The notes under the pieces are model-generated. The model saw nothing but the letters and a program-made list of their open reading frames with translations. It was not told where the DNA came from and ran no database searches. Below are positions 17,989 through 23,771 of a DNA stretch of 23,771 nucleotides, piece after piece (the stretch's first letter is position 1; each line of letters starts with the position of its first letter). Origin of the DNA: a virus (taxonomy: Duplodnaviria; Heunggongvirae; Uroviricota; Caudoviricetes); IMG/VR virus record IMGVR_UViG_2671180577_000029; one strand, 5' to 3'. Both the position numbers and the translations under genes were made by a program.

Positions 17989-18014
17989 TATATCCACTCC
18001 ATTACCGTTGAGAA
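17987..18014 (-). promoter_or_regulatory. Candidate sigma70 promoter for the cargo gene
   Basis: Minus strand reads TTCTCA (18014..18009), a 16-nt spacer, then TATAAT (17992..17987, a perfect -10) overlapping the A stop codon. Predicted start near 17980 would give a roughly 100-nt leader to the ATG at 17876. Confidence 0.35.
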
Positions 18015-20273
18015 TCCCGGCCACTCATCAGCGACCGGATACGTGAATTTTTTCCCGTCATAATTTACGGTCGCGCCACGCGCCAGCGCCTCAAGCTCCC
18101 ATCGCTGCGGCCTGATACCGTTCTGAGCAAGGTCAACACGGATACGGGTGATTTGCATTCGTTCCGACCGGGTCAGTCTGGCCGATGGCGCTATTTCATG
18201 CTGTTTTAACGGGCTTCCGTTTCTTTGCTGACGATTAGGTGTTCTCAGGCCGTGTTTTAATGCGCCCCTGAGCGCCCTCACGACCTCCGGCTCATTCCAT
18301 TCGATAACTCCGTCATCAACCAGATTAAGCACTGCTGCGGCGTGCTCAGAAGGTGTGGGAGCCGGTAACGAAGTATCACCACCGGTGAGCATTCCACAGT
18401 TATTGACAGGACTCCGAGGCGCGGCGATGCCGCTTTTTAAAGTCAAAGGCTCAACGACCGGCACTTTCGGAACAATGCGCCAGTCCGTCGTTCTGGTGAT
18501 ATGAATATGACGCGCGCCGAGATGCGGCGCGTAAATGCCGACCACTCTCTCGACTTCTTCCTCGTACTCGTTAACTTCATCCGACGGACTACGGGCGACC
18601 CTGACAGTCTGACAATCGCGCGGGACATTTGCCCCACCCTGCGCACTGATATACAACGCAAAATCGCCACTGTCTGCGGCAGCGCGTGCAGCCTCGACGC
18701 GTTCGTCAAACTCATCAGCAATGCTGACGCCGCGAGGCAATTTGCGTAGTTCACGGTAAGCCCCCATTGTCGGCAGACCAACCGTTTTAAATTGCGGGAT
18801 GCGCCACGTTGACGCCCATGCAGTAACAGCCGCGGCAGTATCTTTCAGAGGTCTGCCGGTATCGTTATCGAGCTGACCATCCAGTGCATAGCCGTCGATG
18901 TTTTTTGAGATGTATTTCGCGATATACCCCGCAGCACCGCCCCGATTAAGGTGTTTTGCCTGAAAACGGTTTCGCGCGGCTCCTCTTTCGTCGCCATCCT
19001 CTTTGAGCGCATAGCGACGCATGATTTCGATAATCTGGTTACGCTGGCGCGGATTACAAAAAAGCATCATATGCCAGTGCGGCGTTCCGTCGTGGTGTGG
19101 CTCGACGACACGCAAACCGTAGACCTGTAAATCATTATCCTTGAATGCCGTGCGCATCAGGCTCCAGATACGGCAGAGATAACGCTGCGCATCCTTTGGA
19201 TTAAATGCCTCATCGTTCCAGCCGTGATTTAGCTGGACGGTTTTACTTTCGCCTTTTCCAACCTGACGTGTCGGGTGATACTTTGACGGCGCGGTCAGCG
19301 TGATAAACATCCCCACATCACCCTCTGCTGCGGCGTAACGCTCAATACCGGCAATGGTGTTCATCAGCTCCATCCGGCGAATTTCAGGATTAGAAATACT
19401 GCCCATCACCTTACTGATAAGGTCGATGCGCTCGCCGGTTTCCCTGTTTTCGAGATCACACGATTTAAGAAATTCCAGATTTGCCTGGCGGCGTGCACGC
19501 ACATCACGAATGGCATGTTTACTGGCATAAGGAGAACGGTCTTTATTGACCTCCCCGACAGCAATCAGTAACGCCTCATGCCAGCGCATACGCTGGCCTT
19601 TAAGCTGACTAATCCACCACTCATCGTTAAACAGACGGGCAATGGCAGAATATGCCTGCCTCGTGGTCATCTGCCCTTTACGGTATTTTTTCCAGTAGAG
19701 AGGGGAAATATTGAAAGCTCGTGCAGCGCCAGCAACATGACCATACAGGTGAGCCTGTGCCTCATCCGTAAACAGCGATTCTTTCTCGCCATGCGCATCC
19801 ACCCAGGCATCGCAGAGTTCCTCATACATCATGAAAAGCTGCGATGAGATACGGGCGGCAAACTTTTTCAGCTCCTTGTCATTCATCCCCGGCAGACGCG
19901 CATAATGGTCACGCTCTGCCAGAAACAGCAACGACGCGTCGGTGTTCATTTCATGGCGCTGATTCACACGCTCAATGCGCGGCCATAAACGACGCTGAAA
20001 AGTGGATGTGAGAAAATAAAACCCGTGCACCGGGCTTTTATTGCGCCGGATGTAGTCATAGCGTGAAGTAAACAGCGAGCGCAAAAAGTAAGGCAGGCGG
20101 TTAATCGTGGATAAAACACCTTGCACCTGACGCATCTCGTCACGTGTAAGGGGTCTTTCGCGCCCGACGGCCTCGCGTGGCGCGTTCCATGCATAAGCAC
20201 CGGTAAACGCCTTACCGGTGCCTGCGGCAAATGCTGACGGAGGGACAAAACGCCCGGAGGCTTTAACGGCCAT
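17988..20273 (-). CDS. A: Replication initiation protein A (rolling-circle initiator)
   Basis: Start set at ATG 20273..20271 (MAVKASGRFVPPSAFAAGTGK), giving 761 aa as in P2 gpA; the longer ORF-track start at 20315 is a TTG and would overlap the upstream gene. Confidence 0.92.
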   Translation of the reverse strand: MAVKASGRFVPPSAFAAGTGKAFTGAYAWNAPREAVGRERPLTRDEMRQVQGVLSTINRLPYFLRSLFTSRYDYIRRNKSPVHGFYFLTSTFQRRLWPRIERVNQRHEMNTDASLLFLAERDHYARLPGMNDKELKKFAARISSQLFMMYEELCDAWVDAHGEKESLFTDEAQAHLYGHVAGAARAFNISPLYWKKYRKGQMTTRQAYSAIARLFNDEWWISQLKGQRMRWHEALLIAVGEVNKDRSPYASKHAIRDVRARRQANLEFLKSCDLENRETGERIDLISKVMGSISNPEIRRMELMNTIAGIERYAAAEGDVGMFITLTAPSKYHPTRQVGKGESKTVQLNHGWNDEAFNPKDAQRYLCRIWSLMRTAFKDNDLQVYGLRVVEPHHDGTPHWHMMLFCNPRQRNQIIEIMRRYALKEDGDERGAARNRFQAKHLNRGGAAGYIAKYISKNIDGYALDGQLDNDTGRPLKDTAAAVTAWASTWRIPQFKTVGLPTMGAYRELRKLPRGVSIADEFDERVEAARAAADSGDFALYISAQGGANVPRDCQTVRVARSPSDEVNEYEEEVERVVGIYAPHLGARHIHITRTTDWRIVPKVPVVEPLTLKSGIAAPRSPVNNCGMLTGGDTSLPAPTPSEHAAAVLNLVDDGVIEWNEPEVVRALRGALKHGLRTPNRQQRNGSPLKQHEIAPSARLTRSERMQITRIRVDLAQNGIRPQRWELEALARGATVNYDGKKFTYPVADEWPGFSTVMEWI

Positions 20274-20538
20274 ATGAGCCAAAAGCCTCTGAACAACGCT
20301 TGCTGAGTTGCTCAACCTGCGCGTTTAAATCAGCAAAAGACTTTGCGCTTCCGGTCAGAATATCGTGATGCATCAGGCCGGAAACGAGCTGGCTTAATTT
20401 CGGGTAATAACCAACCACCGACAGCCATTCCTGACCGGCGTTTTTACCGCTTTCCGCTCTCTTTTTCTCGTGGAGAATAAACTGAAAGCTGTCACTGGTA
20501 ACGACATAACGTTCGCCAATTTCGATACGAATACTCAT
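20263..20538 (-). CDS. Hypothetical protein (P2 orf83 position)
   Basis: 91-aa ORF immediately upstream of A; ATGA overlap with the preceding ORF. Confidence 0.6.
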   Translation of the reverse strand: MSIRIEIGERYVVTSDSFQFILHEKKRAESGKNAGQEWLSVVGYYPKLSQLVSGLMHHDILTGSAKSFADLNAQVEQLSKRCSEAFGSYGR

Positions 20539-20759
20539 GCCATTCTCCGGTAATGTTTGTTTTTTGCTTCAAAGACTGACTGACAGGAAACACAACGCGT
20601 GGCTGACGGATAAGCCGCACGACGGGCAGCAGGTATTGGCGCGTCACACTCTTCGCAAACCAGCGCAGAAGCACCGCAATGTTTTACCCTTGCCGCGTTA
20701 ATCTGGCGCTCCAGTAATTCAGCCTGTTGTTCCTGAATAAAATCTACGTTGTCCGGCAT
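20535..20759 (-). CDS. DksA/TraR-family C4 zinc-finger protein
   Basis: 74-aa ORF with CEEC and CVSC pairs spaced as in the TraR/DksA zinc finger; one of four small ORFs between B and A, as in P2. Confidence 0.7.
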   Translation of the reverse strand: MPDNVDFIQEQQAELLERQINAARVKHCGASALVCEECDAPIPAARRAAYPSATRCVSCQSVFEAKNKHYRRMA

Positions 20760-21064
20760 TACCAGTTCCTTTTGTCGTTAAGGTTTTTAAATTCATCAGC
20801 GCAATAACTGGCAATTTCTGTCGTTAATTTCGTCAGTTCATCCACGGAGGAGATTTGCTTGTGAAATACAGCGCGTTTAACAAGTAAATTGACCACATCA
20901 GACAGGAGATTTAATTCGTTCTGATAAATCGCGATAACAGACTCAGTTATTTCGCGTTTTTCTTTATCAAGACCAAGTTGAATAAGAGACAAATCGCCAT
21001 TTTTCATAACGGCGATTTTTAGGGCGTTATTCAGTAATACAACTGAACGAGAACAGGACATCAA
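20759..21064 (-). CDS. Hypothetical protein (P2 orf81 position)
   Basis: 101-aa ORF, translationally coupled to its neighbours. Confidence 0.55.
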   Translation of the reverse strand: MMSCSRSVVLLNNALKIAVMKNGDLSLIQLGLDKEKREITESVIAIYQNELNLLSDVVNLLVKRAVFHKQISSVDELTKLTTEIASYCADEFKNLNDKRNW

Positions 21065-21285
21065 AGCACCTCCCCGCGAGACAATCCGATATTGTGAAAT
21101 TTTTCCGACTCCTGACTGAGCAGCTCGACTATCTCCACGCGGGATAACTCCGCCTTTGTGATGTGGCGAATCATGGCGTCAAGATGAGAAGAAAAGCGCG
21201 TCGCAGCGTCGGCCTGTGCTTCGGTTCTGGCCTGTTGCAGCATTAATGCGTATATACCGCACTGATTTTCAGAAACTGTATGCAT
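21061..21285 (-). CDS. Hypothetical protein (P2 orf80 position)
   Basis: 74-aa ORF downstream of B. Confidence 0.55.
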   Translation of the reverse strand: MHTVSENQCGIYALMLQQARTEAQADAATRFSSHLDAMIRHITKAELSRVEIVELLSQESEKFHNIGLSRGEVL

Positions 21286-21348
21286 GACTTTCTCCAGGCA
21301 AAAAGAAGCCCCGCACGATTAAGTGCGTTAAAAACTCTGGTTAATTAT

Positions 21349-21849
21349 TTAATGCAGATATTGCTCTGGTTTTACCGACGTCAGAATTGTCGGTGCATAC
21401 TCAAACAGGCTGAATAATTCACGTAATGCACGGAACAAAGCATCACGCCAGTAACATGATTCTTCATTAATTCGCCAGTATGGCTGGTTGAATTCTTTTT
21501 CAGTCAGTCGTGCGTGCATAAATAAAGTGCGACGCTGACTGACTGTTAAAAAACTAATATATGCATACTCACTTGCGCCAACCTGACGGCGTTTTGAGAA
21601 TGCGCCACGCAATTCATCAATTGCACAAACCAGCCGTTCACGTTCGACGTCGTTCATTTCTTCAAAACGCATCGTTGCGTGACGTTGTTTTAACTGCGCA
21701 TGAAAGCAAACTGTTAGCCGTTCGCGCTCCATCATCTGATTATAATAATCACATGTATCCTGCCAGCGAGGAACGGCAAGATGCTTACCAATTATCCGGC
21801 GCATAGCTGCTGGCTGTTTTTCAACGAGATTGAGCGTCATCACTGTCAT
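21349..21849 (-). CDS. B: Replication protein B
   Basis: 166-aa ORF, same length as P2 gpB; lies between the orf78-like ORF and the small-ORF cluster. Confidence 0.85.
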   Translation of the reverse strand: MTVMTLNLVEKQPAAMRRIIGKHLAVPRWQDTCDYYNQMMERERLTVCFHAQLKQRHATMRFEEMNDVERERLVCAIDELRGAFSKRRQVGASEYAYISFLTVSQRRTLFMHARLTEKEFNQPYWRINEESCYWRDALFRALRELFSLFEYAPTILTSVKPEQYLH

Positions 21850-22043
21850 TTCCAGGCCCTCCGGCTTTTCAGAAAGGTCAGAGCCTTTTTTAACGGACTC
21901 TGTTTTTTGGTGCGGATAATGATTCCCTTGCGCCCCTTCCCGTGGGTGATGGTGAAGTCAATCGCCCTGGGGCTTTCGTTACGCAATAACTGAGCAATAC
22001 AACGCGGCTCATTCATAATCACAACCCCATCCACAAAAGCCAT
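21846..22043 (-). CDS. Hypothetical protein (P2 orf78 position)
   Basis: 65-aa basic ORF between cox and B; ATGA overlap with B. Confidence 0.5.
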   Translation of the reverse strand: MAFVDGVVIMNEPRCIAQLLRNESPRAIDFTITHGKGRKGIIIRTKKQSPLKKALTFLKSRRAWK

Positions 22044-22291
22044 GCATCACGCTGTTCAACCGGTCGGTTATAAAACGCCTCACGTACAGCGCGATTAAAC
22101 TCAGGAATGAAAACCCATTTTTCACCGGCACGAGCCTTCGGTTTGCAAGGATCACGCAATTCAATAATTGGTAATTTATTTGCCTTCACCATTTCACTGA
22201 CGGCTGTCTTTGGCTTCCCTAATAAATCAGCAAATTTATCCACATGAACCGCATCAAGCGGATACTGAATCACATAATTTTCAGCGTCCAT
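22019..22291 (-). CDS. cox: Cox excisionase / early-operon regulator
   Basis: C-terminus ...RDAWLLWMGL matches the P2 Cox family signature. Start set at ATG 22291 (GAGGG 8 nt upstream), giving 90 aa; the alternative ATG at 22306 is possible. Confidence 0.8.
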   Translation of the reverse strand: MDAENYVIQYPLDAVHVDKFADLLGKPKTAVSEMVKANKLPIIELRDPCKPKARAGEKWVFIPEFNRAVREAFYNRPVEQRDAWLLWMGL

Positions 22292-22427
22292 ATATGGTAC
22301 CCTCATAGGATCCAGCCCTTTCTAAACCACTCAAAACCGTTTAGACGCTGGTTTATTCTCAAATCAATGGAACCTATATAGGTTCCAGTTTTGAGGGAAT
22401 TTAGTCCCTATATAGGCACCATGTCAA
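22292..22427. promoter_or_regulatory. Immunity switch region between cox and C (early and repressor promoters plus operators)
   Basis: 136-bp spacer between divergently oriented cox and C. Contains an 18-bp perfect palindrome GGAACCTATATAGGTTCC (22369..22386) and a second CCTATATAGG (22407..22416); each carries a TATATA that could serve as a -10. Confidence 0.65.
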
Positions 22428-22721
22428 ATGAAATTAAGCGAAAAGATTAAGGCCTTGCGTGAGGCTGAAGGGCTAAGCCAATCAAAATTCTGTGAAATCA
22501 TAGAGTTACCGCTAAGCACACTTAAAAAATATGAAGGAGGAAACTTTGAACCCGGTGGCACAGCTTTGCTAAAAATCACTATGCATCCCACATTCCAAAA
22601 ATATGCTCTATGGCTTATGACAGATAAAACCGCGCCGGACGCAGGACAAATCGCACCGGCTCTCGCGCACATTGGGCCAGAGTCAACAGAGTCCAACCAC
22701 TCCGCGAAAAGGATTGGCTAA
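22428..22721 (+). CDS. C: Immunity repressor C
   Basis: 97-aa ORF containing QIAPALAHIG, which matches the P2 C repressor (QIAPALAH). Little or no leader or Shine-Dalgarno, so possibly a near-leaderless mRNA. Confidence 0.8.
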   Translation: MKLSEKIKALREAEGLSQSKFCEIIELPLSTLKKYEGGNFEPGGTALLKITMHPTFQKYALWLMTDKTAPDAGQIAPALAHIGPESTESNHSAKRIG

Positions 22722-22790
22722 CTCTATATAAAGATTACATTTTCACCATTTGCTACCAAGATGGTGAATACAGCGCCGGAGGGCTTTCTT

Positions 22791-23771
22791 ATGGCAATTA
22801 AGAAGCTCGATGATGGTCGCTATGAAGTGGACATTAGACCTCGCGGTCGCGACGGAAAACGCATCCGCAGGAAATTCGAAAGAAAAGCTGAAGCACTAGC
22901 ATTTGAGCGATACACAATCGCCAATGCCAGTCAGAAAGAATGGGGAGGCCAGCGAGCAGACCGCCGGACTTTGAGTGAGTTGCTGGACATCTGGTGGAAA
23001 TATCACGGGCAAAACCACGAGCATGGAACAAAAGAGTTTAATCATCTACTCAAAACCATCAGCGGCATAGGTGATATACCAGTGAGCAGGATGAGCAAAA
23101 GGGCTTTGATGGATTATCGTTCCATGCGACTACGTGATGGTATCAGTGCCTCAACGATAAACCGTGACATGTACAGATTATCCGGCATGTTCACAAAATT
23201 AATTCAATTGGATGAATTTTCCGGGCAACACCCAATTCACGGACTGCCGCCACTGGCGGAGGCCAACCCTGAAATGACGTTCCTGGAAAAAGCAGAAATC
23301 GAAAAACTGTTAAATGTTTTGGCTGGTGATGACTTACTTGTCGCGCTTTTATGTCTGAGCACTGGAGGAAGATGGACGGAAGTTGCCACGCTAAAACCAG
23401 CACAGATTACAAATTGCAGGGTTACCTTCCTGAAAACCAAAAACGGTAAAAAGCGAACCGTGCCGATTTCTGAGGAACTGGAGAAAAAAGTTAAAGAGGA
23501 GGCCAGCGCCAAATTATTCAAAGTTGATTATGAGAAATTTTGCGGGATTTTACGCAGAGTGAAACCTGATATACCACCCAATCAGGCAACCCACATCCTG
23601 CGGCATACATTCGCAAGCCATTTCATGATGAATGGGGGCAATATAATCGCACTGCAACAGATTCTGGGACATGCGAGCATTCAGCAGACGATGGCCTATG
23701 CGCACCTTGCGCCTGACTATCTGCAAAATGCCGTCGCTCTGAATCCACTAAAAGGCGGAGTGACGTTATAA
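22791..23771 (+). CDS. int: Tyrosine integrase (P2 Int-like)
   Basis: Start set at ATG 22791 (MAIKKLDDGRYEVDIRPRGRDGKRIRRKF) with GGAGGG upstream, giving 326 aa. C-terminus has the tyrosine-recombinase HxxR...Y region (HILRHTF...MAYAHL). Stop codon is the last three bases of the window. Confidence 0.9.
   Translation: MAIKKLDDGRYEVDIRPRGRDGKRIRRKFERKAEALAFERYTIANASQKEWGGQRADRRTLSELLDIWWKYHGQNHEHGTKEFNHLLKTISGIGDIPVSRMSKRALMDYRSMRLRDGISASTINRDMYRLSGMFTKLIQLDEFSGQHPIHGLPPLAEANPEMTFLEKAEIEKLLNVLAGDDLLVALLCLSTGGRWTEVATLKPAQITNCRVTFLKTKNGKKRTVPISEELEKKVKEEASAKLFKVDYEKFCGILRRVKPDIPPNQATHILRHTFASHFMMNGGNIIALQQILGHASIQQTMAYAHLAPDYLQNAVALNPLKGGVTL

Noticed and set aside
20274-20315. Longer N-terminal extensions in the ORF track for A (to 20315), L (to 9935), O (to 12774), P (from 12852), X (to 9435) and int (from 22761)
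   Set aside because: Internal starts reproduce the known P2 protein N-termini and lengths (A 761, L 169, O 284, P 590, X 67) and have better ribosome-binding sites. The A extension starts with TTG and would overlap the upstream ORF.
21286-21348. Small hairpin CGCAC-gattaa-GTGCG between B and the next ORF as a possible terminator
   Set aside because: The stem is only 5 bp and sits inside what should be a continuous early operon; too weak to call.
1-23771. CRISPR arrays, tRNA or rRNA genes, IS elements, and the att site
   Set aside because: No short regularly spaced repeats, no tRNA-like or rRNA-like sequence and no transposase-like ORF were seen. The window ends exactly at the int stop codon, so the attachment site and host junction are outside it.

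Overview
This window is about 23.8 kb of a P2-like (Peduovirus-type) prophage of an enterobacterium, running from the tail-fiber assembly gene at the low-coordinate end to the integrase at the high-coordinate end. Gene order and protein N-termini match the P2 map in inverted orientation: minus strand tfa(partial)-H-I-J-W-V-S-R-lysC-lysB-lysA-K-Y-X-L-M-N-O, plus strand P-Q, the cos site (15858..15876), then minus strand a cargo gene, A, four small ORFs, B, an orf78-like ORF and cox, and plus strand C and int. Two things are not explained by the canonical P2 layout. First, an AT-rich (about 30-35% GC by eye, against more than 50% for the flanking phage genes) 612-aa ORF of unknown family sits between cos and the 3' end of A, which is the P2 tin/old accessory locus; this is the best candidate for an undescribed anti-phage or lysogenic-conversion system. 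Second, there is an exact 2512-bp tandem direct duplication (121..2632 and 2633..5144) carrying tail fiber H, baseplate I and the 3' part of J, with five clustered substitutions in the H receptor-binding end. No tRNA, rRNA, CRISPR array or IS element was seen, and the att site lies outside the window. All calls are from reading the sequence and the supplied ORF translations; no database search was run.
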